DNA from: Seison nebaliae
Lineage: Eukaryota
Assembly: GCA_023231475.1 (NCBI GenBank)
Contig: JALJEE010001331.1
Location: 1 to 64,000, forward strand
Reading direction: 5' to 3'
DNA: 64,000 bases
Part shown: in pieces, positions 1 to 11,629 of the stretch
Layout of the letters: each line of letters opens with the position of its first letter
How positions within the stretch are numbered: position 1 is the first letter of the stretch
Program-made: the position numbers and the translations under genes
Notes under the pieces: model-generated
What the model saw: the letters and a program-made list of their open reading frames with translations, nothing else
The model's database searches: none
Told to the model about the DNA's origin: nothing

Positions 1-301
1 GATAATGTATTATAATGATTTATAATAACTTATAAGACATGACTTCTAAAATATTATAATACATTATCAGGTCTGAAATTCAATTTATTTATTACTTTAA
101 TATGTAACTTTTAGTAAATATTAATTTATTATTTAAGAACAATTATTTTTTTTTAAACGAAATAAATTTATTAGAAAAAAATTAATAGAGAAATAATTGA
201 AAACGTATAAAATTCAAATTATAAAAACAATATTTAAAAAAAACGAATCATTTTTCTAATGTCGGTTTTGTCCTAATAAAAATAAGGGTAAAAGTAATAA
301 C

Positions 302-1664
302 TTAAAAGGTTGAACTTCTTAATTTCAATCTCGCATCGTTGCATAATTGGGCGATTATTTTTCTTATATCTTGGCGATAATTCAACGGCAAATTTGTATA
401 TTTTAGGTCAATTAAATCTAAAATTTGAATTAACCAGGAAATAATAAAAAAAACTTTCAATTTTTACCAATTTTTCGGAAGGTAATTCTGGGAATAATGT
501 AACTTTTGATTTATATCCGGTCGACACCGTAAATTCTTCCAAATTTTCATTTTTAAAAATGAACTTTGCTAAAATCCTAGCATCCACCAAGTAATCTGAA
601 AATGACATAATTGAAAAATACCTATTACGAAAATAAAATTTGGAAAAGTAAGATGAAAAATAACTTTTCATTCTCTTCTTGTAATTTTTGATTTTTATCA
701 ATATCTTTTTTTTTCATTTGAAGTAAATCTTGTAGCAACTGCGTATTCTTTTCAGTGGCATTCCTAATACCTCTCAAAACATCTAGCATTTCCGATGAAT
801 GATCAAGTTCGATATTTTGATGATTATTTGATAATGAGGAATCGGCTGAAAAAGAAAGTAAATTAAATTAAAAATAAATTTGATGATGAAAAATGGTGGT
901 AAAATAATTTAACTTTTAAATTTAGAAGAATAATTAGTTGATGTAGGAGAATATCTATTTATTGATGTGCAATAGTGATTGAGAGGTGTATGCTGACTGG
1001 AAAATGGCGAGGAATTATTAAATGATGAATGATTTTGATTATTGTAAAATGGTGATGACTCATTTGATTTATTTGAATCACTCGATGATAATCGATCAAT
1101 TGATTCAATTGAAAAAGGATTAGGAGATAGAAGAGTCCGATTATTCCGTGGATCATGATGATAAGTTACATCAGTTTGATTATTTATTGAACGTTCTAAT
1201 ATTTTCTTGGATGGTTTTCTCTTCTTTCTTTGACTTGGCATTGACTCTATATGGCATTTTCTTTCAGCCAATTCTCTTTTCTTCGAATTTGTATTTTGGA
1301 TAATTGCGTCCATTATGCATTTCAGAGGACCTTTTTTACTTCCCACTTGTACGATTTCACCTACATATATACATCCTCCAATTGAAATTTCACATTTCTT
1401 TTCTTCTACATATTTCACAATCGACTTTTCTTCGTAAATATCATAGGTAGTTTGATTATTTTGAGTAGCATTATTTTCAAATTTCAGTAAATAGTATTTC
1501 ATTTGACTATGTATCTTACTGATTGGAATTTGACCGATAGCCTGAACACATTTTTCATTTGTAGAATTTTCAATATTAATAATCAATTTTGAATTCGTTG
1601 ATGAACAATCTTCATTCCGTTCAATGTTATATCTGATGTTTTTTTGGTGCAATGTTCTATGCAT
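302..1664 (-). CDS. BEN-domain protein, 4 exons (about 1664-914, 845-665, 621-455, 417-302)
   Basis: Three GTT..AG introns join the track ORFs into one frame. The C-terminus ARILAKFIFKNENLEEFTVSTG..ELPSEKLVKIE..DIRKIIAQLCNDARLK fits the BEN helical pattern; there is a Ser/Asn-rich middle and a basic RKKRK motif. Confidence 0.65.
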
Positions 1665-3874
1665 TTTTATTGCGATCGATTTATTCTAAATAAATTCAAA
1701 AAGAATAATAAATATGATATAAATATTATAGTAATAAAATAAATATATTATGTCGCTCATGTGAAGTGTCACGTGATGTAAATCAGAAAGTCAGACATCA
1801 GAAAATAAATATTTAATTTCTTTATTTATAATTATAAAAATATATTTATACTTAAATAAAAATTATAAACTTAAATAATAATATCTTAAATTATAAAACT
1901 TAAGTTTTTCAATTAATAACATGCTCATGGATTATAATATATGTCGAATATTTCTGAAATTTTAGCAAAATTTTCACAAATTCATTAACATATGGATATA
2001 TATGATCATACATGAGAATTTCTCTATTGAACAATTGAAACGCTTCCCAGGGGAGGATTCAGATATGGAAATTTTCAGTTTTCATACGTGCTGTCATATA
2101 TATATCAGACAAGTGAATGCATGAAACATAACTGAGTAATATATGATTTTTTACGTGAAATATATATTAATTCTGATCTGTCTAACACATGGCCCCATAT
2201 ATTATCCTATGTTTCGCCGGTATAAAATAATTGATCTTAATCAAAATATTATTAAGATTATTTTTAAAAGTTTTATTTTCGTTCCATACGATTTCCTCTC
2301 ACTTCTCTACCTTCTTCTCACGACAGAAATCCCTATATCATATCAGTATTTTTCTATTTTATTGTACATGGGCTTATTTATGTCTTTGTTATGTAATTAC
2401 CTTTATGGTTATATGTTAAGTTATTATATGTTTTATGGTTATTTGTTTTGCACTTTTATATTTTATACAAATTAAATTCATGAACGTATGTCATGACATG
2501 ACATAAGAAATACACGAACAAGACCACTGCGCTATGAGATATATATTATTAACGTCGTATTGTTTATTACAAAGAACGTGTATGGTTACTATATTATGGT
2601 CAAATGTATTTGCAGTATTAAAGTAACTCCTTATTGTCTAAATAGGAGAAAACCGAATGAGAAAGAATGAGAACCTCACAAATAACATATGTGGTCAATC
2701 CATTTAACGAAGAATCGTTTTCAAATTTTATTAAGTAAAACATTATTCGCAAATCTTTCAACTTTAAAAAATGAATTTTCTCCACTAATTAGAACGTGTT
2801 AACTTTAAAATTAAATTAATGTAAAATCAAATTCAATTTAATTCTTTATAGAGAAACAAACTTATTTTTTTATTTTAAGATAAGGCTGTATAAGAACGAT
2901 ATTGTATTAAATTTGAGTAAATTAAAATTTTTTGAAAGTGTGAATCATAACCATCAGTGAATCACTGAGTTATTATGTCTCGTAATTTAAAAGCGAACCG
3001 ACCAGATAAACAAAGAATTGTTTATGAAAGGAAACCTGATAAGCGAAACCGATGCTCTAGAAAAAATGAACATCGAAACGGAATGGAGAAACCAACATCT
3101 CAAAGAAGTTGTGACGGGCCATGAATATTGAAAGAGATAAATTGAATGGGATGACGAGTGTTGTCCGATCAGGGAGATCGGGATCATTCTTCTCGTTTGA
3201 AAGTACGGTGGATCTTTGAATTGATGACGACGTCTCTACTGACTGAATCATCGATGGGTCACCGGGATTTTATTTATTCCTTCAACACATCTCTCAATCA
3301 AGAATTGATTTGTTGATGGATAGAAGACAAATTCGTCACAAATGCGATCCTAGAATCCAAAAAAAAAAAATTTTTTTTAATTTGTTCATGATTATTTCAT
3401 TTATTAAAAGGGGGCGAACTAAAACCATTTCCTTTCGTAGTTCGTTTCCCCATCACTACGAATTAGATGCCAATTTCTTAGATCTTTTTATTCGTTTCAT
3501 CATCGTTGCAGATATTTCTCGATTCAATTGAAGATCAACTTATTCGTCACATACTGTTACGATTTTTATGGACTAGCCGTTTCTTTGCCCAACAATTATA
3601 ATGCTTTTTGGTTGTTATAAGGCATTTAATATGCCGTTTATGTTTTCTGTCTGCGTATTGAAACCCTTTTTGATTTTTGATCTAATTTTCTTTTTAATTT
3701 TGATTTTACAATAAATAAATTAAATACAAATGATTACGATTTTCAATTTAGTTGATAATTGAACGGAGAAAATTGCATATGGGAAAAATTGGTGAGGAAA
3801 CGAACAAAAATATCATCATCCTTATTTTTGTGTGTTATCCTGGATTCCTTTATACTGAAATGTAAGCTTTAAGT

Positions 3875-4183
3875 AAATTATTTATTTCTTAATTTACGAA
3901 GAAAGGGGAAAAAGAAAAGAAAAAGAAATTAAAGAACAAAGTCGGGAGGAGTTGCAGAAAATCCACTAACTTAAAAAAAAACAGACAATTAAAGAAAAAG
4001 AGAAGAAAATAGAAACAAAAACAAAAAAGAAAAAGTAAATTCCCATACAGGGACAATTCAAGTCTCGCTCTCAAGTTGTCCGTAATGGGAAATGGAAGAA
4101 ATTCGATTACCGAGAAAGTCAGATTTCGATTGATTCTTCTGAAACAACCTATGAGGCGACGGATGATGTTGTTGTACGTACGA
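3875..4183 (-). mobile_element. Short, internally deleted 3' fragment of the same non-LTR retrotransposon family as 4192-5165
   Basis: 4035-4075 matches 4269-4309 (gtaaattcccatacaggga..) and 4088-4180 matches 4596-4680. The minus-strand translation TYNNIIRRLIGCFRRINRNL..LELSLYGNL parallels the larger copy, with a similar T-rich 3' region and AAATAAATAATTTAC end. Confidence 0.7.
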
Positions 4184-4191
4184 TAATAATC

Positions 4192-5165
4192 GTAAATTAT
4201 TTACTTATTCTTATTTATTTATTTAAAGTAAGAAAGAAAGAGAGAAAAAAAAAATATAAAATAAATCTGTAAATTCCCATACAGGGATAATTCAAACGGC
4301 ACTCTCGAGGAGAATCCTCAGAGCACTAGACTGATTTGTTTCTATCAGGGTCTTGGCAGAATTTAAGGTGGCTACCTGTTCATCACGTAACCGAGACACT
4401 GGTGAGAACGAGAAGATGAACTCACGAAATTCAGTAGAAAGAGGTGAGTGCTTTATCGAATAATACACGATGGTGTGAAAAAAGATAGAATGATTCGATG
4501 TGATACAGCGTTGAATGAAGGATGGGATGTCGGGGAAGAGCCACGATGACAAAAAGTTGTCTAGGACGTGGAAAATGCGTCGACGATATAAAATAGGAAA
4601 TGGAGGAATATCGGTGACTGTGAAAATAAGATTCCGATTAATTCTTCGGAAGCAGCCGACGGACGATATTGTTGTAAGTTCGGTCCATTCTGAGGAATGA
4701 GCTGTTGGTGACGAATAATAATGAGTCGAGTCCATATAATGGGAGGACAAGTGAAGAGAAAACACGAATTCGGATTGAGAGTAGAAGATACTTCGATCGT
4801 GTTGCCAATGAGAATGATGTGCGGACGAAGTTATTTCGGATGTGATCGAGTGAGTCGGATGCCATCATTTTCGAATCGAGAAGAACTCCTAGGAACGTAT
4901 GATTTGGGGCAGGAGAAAGAGAGATATTCCTCAGGAGAGAGACAATAGTTTTCGTCGGATTTATCTTAACTGATATTTCCGCCTAGAGAATCTGTGCTCT
5001 TTCGCGAATTCGAATGAGTTGTCGAGGAGAAGTAGGAAATATGAGAATGTCATCAATGTATGCGAGTGCTACGGGAATTCGCATGCCCTTAATGTTGGTG
5101 TTATAAAGTTCATTCAATTGGAGAATGACCCAGTGAAGAGTGAGCGAAAAGCCAAGGTCCCAATT
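4192..5165 (-). mobile_element. Decayed 5'-truncated non-LTR (LINE-like) retrotransposon, reverse transcriptase C-terminal half
   Basis: The minus strand reads LGPWL/FSLTL..ALAYIDDILIF (YIDD at 5049-5060)..VKINPTKT..FLGVLLDSK..RIRVFSSLVLPLYG..YNNIVRRLL, which are RT palm/thumb motifs of LINEs. It has an in-frame stop at 4983-4985, frameshifts, and a (TAAA)n-like 3' tail near 4195-4225. Confidence 0.8.
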
Positions 5166-5508
5166 ATTAAGTTAAGAAATTCAACGGAAATACTAGTGAT
5201 GATGATATTAATAATAAAATAAATACATATTAAACAAGTCATTAAAATCAGAACAAACAAAATGAGAGAAAAAACTATTTACGAATAATTAGGTAATATA
5301 ATAGAATTTATATAATATAATAAAATGTCCTCCAAGTATTCAGTTTCCGATCATTTCAGTTATATGAGTTCGACCAATTAATAGTTCCTGAAATTATCTG
5401 TTTATTGAGAATTTGACAATGAATATAATTAATGATTTAATTATAAATGATAAATTCCTCTATTTATAAACTGTAGAAAGTATTTCTGGTAATAAAAAGT
5501 TTTTGAAA

Positions 5509-6252
5509 ATGAAAGATATCGAAAGACAAGAAGCAAATGCTCATATGGCTTCGGTGTTTAGAGCTCAGCAAATCTTGAATGGCAGATTCAATCAATTATT
5601 AAAAGAGAATATATCTGGAACTTTTTTGAAAATCTGTACTTTAACTATCGTTGGTCTAACTTTACAAATTATATATTTATTATTAAAAATTTTTGAAGTT
5701 CATTTGTACAGCTATTATGATTACTATGGAAGTGTTAAAACCAAAATATGCATGGTTCTTTCATACGAGGCCTGGAATTGTTGCTTCATGTATAGTAGGC
5801 GGCCTTTTGATAACACTGGTGATAGCAAGTTCATATTACTTTTATATTGTACTGCTAAAATTGTTCCTCAGATTTTAGGTTAAATCATGGAACTGGTGGA
5901 TTTATTTTGGCGTTTGGAATTAATGCAATTGTTTGGACTATATATGTATTAGTAACGGATTCTTGGGGAATTAATCGTGGTCTAGAAAAAAGTTACTTTT
6001 TCGTTTTTTCAATCGTTTCTCATCAAATTTTCAATATGGATAGCTGAAAAGGGTCGGATTATCTTGATTGTTCAAATAACGACCTGTGCGGCAATAATTA
6101 TTACTGCGGTATTAATCATTTATTTTTTCAGTAAAGTTTTATGTTGTTGGCGTAAAAGAATCACCAGACAGTTGATAAATGAGGGAGCCTTTAATGAGAA
6201 TGAAGTGAATATAATGAGACAATTGAATTTGGACAAACAAAGTTGTTGGTGA
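5509..6252 (+). CDS. Orphan membrane protein of about 199 aa with four hydrophobic segments, paralog A (4 exons)
   Basis: Introns 5650-5698, 5829-5871 and 5992-6043 (all GTT..AG) give a 600-nt open frame. It is collinear with paralog B at equivalent intron positions (EVLK, TRPGIVA, NA(I/L)(V/I)W, WRKR..L..EGA.N.NE). Confidence 0.75.
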
Positions 6253-6894
6253 ATGAACTGAGACCTTTTTAGCTTTTCCGGATAAGACTGGTAACTCTGT
6301 AATATAGAATCTATATCATTTGATATTTATCAAAATATTATATAAAGAATAATTTATTGATGATTCAAATATTTATCTAAAACTATTTAACACACAACAA
6401 CATCTTCTTGTTGTACTGATTGAGATTGGAAGTGATTAGCCAATATTGGAAAAATAATTGACTTTTCTTTTTCTGAAATATTTTTCATAACGGAACTCGT
6501 AGAATATACAATATAGTAGACATGCTTAATGATTAGGATTTCAGTTAATTAAAATTTAATGATCCTTGATGATTATCGATTTTTTATGCGAATATTTCAT
6601 TACAATTATAATTTATAACTGAACTTAGTTAACCAACTATAGTTGGTTCAGATTAACGTGATTAACGTGATTATACTGTTTATGCAGTATACTGCATGTG
6701 ACTGTTTATAGTGATTTATATTTAACATTAATTACTAATTCAAAAAATGTAACCTTACGCAAGAGTAAACACTAGTTTTTATCTATTTTTCTTGAGTAAA
6801 TATTGAGTTCACTTAAAAAGAAATTTCTAAGCGAGACACCTTAATAATAAAATATTTTACTCTTTTAACGAATTTCAATAACATTCCGAAAGAT

Positions 6895-7627
6895 ATGAAG
6901 GATCTAGAAAGACATACCGGGAATGAACATCTTGCAAATATGATGAGAACCCAACAAATATTTTATGAGCGTATGAATCAACTTTTGCATGAAAGTATTT
7001 CTCCCGTAAGATTGCAAATGGTAACTCTTTGTATTGTTGGTATACATTTAGTGTTAAGGATAACATCAATCTTATTCTTAGTGTATTAGTTCTCTTGGGT
7101 TAACTACGTTGGAAGTTCTGAAACGTTACTTTGCCGTAGTGTTTATTACAAGACCGGGAATAGTTGCCGCCTGTCTTTGTGTTTTACTGGCGATAGTGCT
7201 AATAATTGCAAGTTTCTTTTTTTAAATACTGTTTTGAATATACATGAAAACAGATTTTAAGTTAAACTTGCAGGTTGCCGGCATCACATGGGCGGTGGCG
7301 GTTAATGCGTTAATTTGGGTTATTTATGTAATGAGTACTAATATATACATTACAACCAATATCCACCTTAGTATTCTTTTTTAAATCTTTTCGTTGGTCT
7401 TATAATATTCTGTAGTATTATTTAAGAGAGCTCTAGGAATTATGATTTGTGAGATTATTCTTTGTTGTATCTTAATCATAGTCTTATTTATCATGTTAAT
7501 TGGTATTGGAAGATTAATTTTTGGTTGGAGAAAAAGAATGGTCAATCTTTTGGTCTCTGAAGGTGCATTGAATCAAAATGAAATCAACTCTATTGGAATG
7601 ACAAACTTTGGAACTAATTGGTGGTAG
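6895..7627 (+). CDS. Orphan 4-TM protein, paralog B (4 exons)
   Basis: Introns are 7036-7081, about 7212-7253, and 7371-7415. The protein aligns end to end with paralog A. The third donor is GTA, one of only two non-GTT donors I found. Confidence 0.75.
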
Positions 7628-7881
7628 GAGAAGGAATTCAAGAATATTATTATGAAAAGTAACATTTTATTCACTTATATTTACTCACAATTACAATAAA
7701 CAATTTTCTATCAGATTTTTTATCTTTATAACAATCTTTTCTTTGAATATCATATTATGAGATCACTGAATATAAATGTTTATCAAACAAAAAGAGAAAC
7801 TTAAAAAATCATTTTTCTTTCAACATGTTTTTTTTGTCAACAATTGTTATTATTAAATTATTACTTATTAAGAATATGATT

Positions 7882-7976
7882 CATTATTACGATTCATTAT
7901 TATGAAGCATTATTATGATTCATTATTATGAACCATTATTACGATTAATTATTATGAAGCATTATTATGATTCATT
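7882..7976. repeat. 13-bp minisatellite, about 7 copies of cattattaYga(tt/ag/ac)
   Basis: Read directly: cattattacgatt cattattatgaag cattattatgatt cattattatgaac cattattacgatt aattattatgaag cattattatgatt. Confidence 0.9.
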
Positions 7977-8278
7977 TAACCCTACTAGGTAAATGGTTTA
8001 CGAAAAATTGGTGTAACATGTAATTAATTCGCAAATAATTTCATAATCATAAGACCATTTACGCCATGTGTTTTCAGATAAAATAAATCACATCCTTGTT
8101 GCATGAATCTAATTAATTTAAGGATTAAATTATGAATTAATTAGGTGAGTATTCGAATAATCTTTATTAAAAGTATTGGAATACGATAATAATATAATAA
8201 AATTAAGGTTATTGGACAAACCTTTGAAATTTGTTGTAAAACTATTCTAAAATTTGAGAAAGATAAAAAATTGAAAAA

Positions 8279-11200
8279 TTACAATGTCCAAATCGGATCT
8301 TCATTTAAATCACCCATATTCCGTGAGATAATTGATTTTGTTGGTTGGTATGGTGGTTTCCTAACTTGTTGCCCTTGTTGAAACCAAGCTAACTTTCTTA
8401 TATCATTCGTTCGACCATCATAAGGTGATAATATTTTAGAGCCAGCACGTATTTCTGGTGACCAAGCCAAACATGAATTTAAGAAAAATTTGAAATCTTC
8501 CGACCATTTTCCATCATCCGGTTCTTTTATTTGAGTTTCAATATAATTCTGAGGTGTCTTAGTTAACCTTAATTTAATATTGTTATGATTCCTACCTAAT
8601 TCTACCGCTGTTTTCCCTTGTGAGAATATATTCCTTACCAAGTGAATATCCTGATGAACATATGGTTCTTGTCTGGTCAATAGTTTAAATAAGGTCGCTC
8701 CATAACTAAACCAATCACAATTGTAACTATAACCTTTTCCCGGTTCTCGTTCTGCTTCAAATATTTCTGGTGCCATATATCCGGCAATGCCTTTCGCTGA
8801 ATACGTTCTTCCATATTTGTCAACTCGAGTCGCAAATTGATAGTCGATAATCTTTGGTCGACCTTCTACATCTAATAAGACATTCATTGGACTCAACATT
8901 CGATGTATTATCCCAATTTCATGTAAACGATCTAATCCATTGTGTATTTCAACCGCATAATATTTCAAATCTTCTTCATCCAACGTCTGTCGGTTATAAG
9001 AAGAATTATCTGATAACTCTTGTAAAGAGCCTCCACATATATATTCAAAACCCACGTAAATTCTTTGAGGATCTTCTTCAACGAAAAACATTTGACATAA
9101 ATTTTCATGTCTAATTCGTTGGAGGTCATCCGACTTTAACAAATCAAAATATTTTCTATTTTTCTTAGTTGACGGACGATCTTTGTCATAGACTTTCACG
9201 CAAATCACATCTTTCAAATCTCGATACCATGCTAAATATAAGGAACTATTATGATGCAAAGGATGTGAATTCCCATCATGGTATTTCTTCTCGTCGTTGA
9301 CGGAATGCAAGGTTTTAAAAGCATAAACTGAAAACTTTTCTTTTCCTAAATCATATACGCTAGAAGTGGTTGATTCTATATTTTTTCGAATTTTATGTTT
9401 CTGATACCGATGCATATCTTCCCGATGTAACTGCTGTAACATTGCTTGTCTTTGCTGCTCAGCCAATTTCACTTGATCAATATTACTCTGAAGATTTTTG
9501 GATTGGTCGTCAGGTGAAAATTTTCGATAATCCTTCGAATGGTCAAACATTCCCAAATCAACACCTTTCAACACGTCGGCATCAGGTTTCCGATACTTTA
9601 TCAGATCTACATTAGTTATACGTTGTCCATTCTGACTATCTACTTCTGAATCACTAACATCTATAATAACTTTCTTTATTCGATGATTCAGATGTGGTTT
9701 GTCTGCTCCTTCAATTTTAGTTAATCGATATTCTTGATCGTCTGAATTATCTTCATCGATTACTCTCACTAATTTTCGACGTGGTTTCTTAATTTCTTGT
9801 TTACCATACTTTTTATCGAAGAAATCTTTTTCGAAAACTAAACTTGGTGTGCTTAAAGTTCTTTTAAAAATCGAACGCTGAGTTGGGTAATCTTTTGAGT
9901 AATCTCGTGAATAATTATTCGAATAATTTCGAGAGTAATTTTTCGAATAATCTTGTGAATAATCTCGAGAATAATCTTTGGAATAATCTCTGGAATAATC
10001 ATTAATATCTTCACTATTCAAAGTTGTCTCATCACCAGAATTCATGGGAATTCTTTTATATTTTTTAATAACTTGAGCTCGTTGAATTGGATCATATATT
10101 CGTTTTTTGATTGTTGTAACGTATTTCTTTGTGGTACTTTTTGGTGGTGCCACTACCGATTTACTATGTTCATGTTTGTTTTTCGGTTGTTTCATTTTAT
10201 AATCTCTAATTCTCATTTGTTCAATTTGATGTTGATTTTCAGCTTCATTTACAATTTGATGAATAAGATCAATTCCATGTCGTATTTTATTAATATCCTC
10301 TTGTTTCTTCGCTAATTCATTATCGTTCTCATAACGGAAACCATTTAATTTGTCTTCCAATTCCTTCATTTTCTTCTTCAATTCTTTATTCATTCTCAAC
10401 TTATCTTCCATTTCTTTCTTTAATCTGTCCAATGTTATACTAATCTCAACTTCTTCTTCTTTTCTTATTTTACCATACGTCTCTTGTTGTTGTTTATATT
10501 GGATTTTTGCCTCTTCATACTGTTCTATGTAATAATTATTCCAATCTTCTTTCGTCATATCATTCAATTCTTTAAAATCTTTTCTTAATTTTTCTATAAT
10601 TTCTGGTAAAATCGATTTATAATATTCTTGACTGAATGTTGTAGAGAATTTCTTTTGTGCCTCCAATTCATTGATTAATGCTAAATGAACATCATTCTCT
10701 TCATTGATCTTTCTTCTTAAATGTTGATTCGTCAATTCTAAATCGGTTTGCTTCCGATGTTCATCATCAATTGTCAATCTACTCTCTTCAATCTGTTTCG
10801 TTAATCTTTCGATTTCTTTCTCATATTCATTCACTTTCCCCAATTTGGCTTCTTGTGTTGACTCCAAAAGATTCTTTTTATCAATTAATTCTTTCAATAA
10901 ACTTTCTAGTAATCGAATTTTTGATCTTTGATCTTTCCTTTCCACTTCCAAATGAACATTACGATCACGCCATAATTCGCCCATTCGTTTCGCTCTTTGA
11001 TATTGAACGTCAATTCTTGCTTGATCTACTGTCGATTTTGTTAATCGATTTTTTTCATCATCTAAACGTTTGTCATCCTTCAATTTTTCTTTATCAGATT
11101 TTTCAAATAGTTTTACTTTTATTTCATTCATGTCCATCATTAAACGCTCCTGAATCTCTTCCAAAGATTTAATGTTTTGTATTAAACTCGTTAATCGTCC

Positions 11201-11629
11201 ATTCAATAACTTCAATTCTTGTTTTTCCGTTTCAGCTTGATCTCTTATCTTCTGGACTTCTTGCACTTGATAATTAAGGAATTCATTTTCTTTCAATTCA
11301 GCATTTTGAAGTTCATTTAAATTCGTTAAAGATTTTGATTGAGAGATTTCATTACGTTTATACTTTCCTCTCCCATTATATTTCCCATCATATTGAGTAT
11401 TGCGCACAATTGGAGATAATTCTTCTAAAGAATCATTGTTGCTTGATGAATTGGTATGGTAATGATAATAGTGATGTTGACGGGTAGGTGAATCATTCTC
11501 TATATTCTCAGGAATTGATGTAGAAGAGCCTCCTTTCAATAATGTGGAAGAATAAGGTGTCCGCGAGATAACAGTTACACCAGGTAATTCTTCAACAAGT
11601 ACTGCGGAGGAAGTATTGACAAATGTCAT
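8279..11629 (-). CDS. Intronless 1116-aa protein: intermediate-filament rod domain fused to a C-terminal kinase-fold (pseudokinase) domain
   Basis: IF coil 1A signature EKQELKLLNGRLTSLIQNIKSLE and L12/coil 2 signature YYKSILPEIIEKLRKDF..DWNNYY. Kinase motifs are CVK, HENL, FEYICGGSL, IIHRMLSPMNVLLD, DYQ, GIAGYMAPE, DWFSYGATLF and CLAWSPEIR. Confidence 0.85.
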   Translation of the reverse strand: MTFVNTSSAVLVEELPGVTVISRTPYSSTLLKGGSSTSIPENIENDSPTRQHHYYHYHTNSSSNNDSLEELSPIVRNTQYDGKYNGRGKYKRNEISQSKSLTNLNELQNAELKENEFLNYQVQEVQKIRDQAETEKQELKLLNGRLTSLIQNIKSLEEIQERLMMDMNEIKVKLFEKSDKEKLKDDKRLDDEKNRLTKSTVDQARIDVQYQRAKRMGELWRDRNVHLEVERKDQRSKIRLLESLLKELIDKKNLLESTQEAKLGKVNEYEKEIERLTKQIEESRLTIDDEHRKQTDLELTNQHLRRKINEENDVHLALINELEAQKKFSTTFSQEYYKSILPEIIEKLRKDFKELNDMTKEDWNNYYIEQYEEAKIQYKQQQETYGKIRKEEEVEISITLDRLKKEMEDKLRMNKELKKKMKELEDKLNGFRYENDNELAKKQEDINKIRHGIDLIHQIVNEAENQHQIEQMRIRDYKMKQPKNKHEHSKSVVAPPKSTTKKYVTTIKKRIYDPIQRAQVIKKYKRIPMNSGDETTLNSEDINDYSRDYSKDYSRDYSQDYSKNYSRNYSNNYSRDYSKDYPTQRSIFKRTLSTPSLVFEKDFFDKKYGKQEIKKPRRKLVRVIDEDNSDDQEYRLTKIEGADKPHLNHRIKKVIIDVSDSEVDSQNGQRITNVDLIKYRKPDADVLKGVDLGMFDHSKDYRKFSPDDQSKNLQSNIDQVKLAEQQRQAMLQQLHREDMHRYQKHKIRKNIESTTSSVYDLGKEKFSVYAFKTLHSVNDEKKYHDGNSHPLHHNSSLYLAWYRDLKDVICVKVYDKDRPSTKKNRKYFDLLKSDDLQRIRHENLCQMFFVEEDPQRIYVGFEYICGGSLQELSDNSSYNRQTLDEEDLKYYAVEIHNGLDRLHEIGIIHRMLSPMNVLLDVEGRPKIIDYQFATRVDKYGRTYSAKGIAGYMAPEIFEAEREPGKGYSYNCDWFSYGATLFKLLTRQEPYVHQDIHLVRNIFSQGKTAVELGRNHNNIKLRLTKTPQNYIETQIKEPDDGKWSEDFKFFLNSCLAWSPEIRAGSKILSPYDGRTNDIRKLAWFQQGQQVRKPPYQPTKSIISRNMGDLNEDPIWTL
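9887..10000 (-). repeat. In-frame 12-bp tandem repeat encoding about 9-10 copies of (D/N)YS(R/K/Q/N)
   Basis: Translation DYSRDYSKDYSRDYSQDYSKNYSRNYSNNYSRDYSKDYP. Confidence 0.9.

Noticed and set aside
2970..3670. Short ORFs and coding-like composition on both strands
   Set aside because: No consistent frame or recognisable motif could be assembled.
7882..7976. Repeat array considered as CRISPR-like
   Set aside because: The 13-bp units are contiguous with no unique spacers, in a eukaryotic context; it is a minisatellite.
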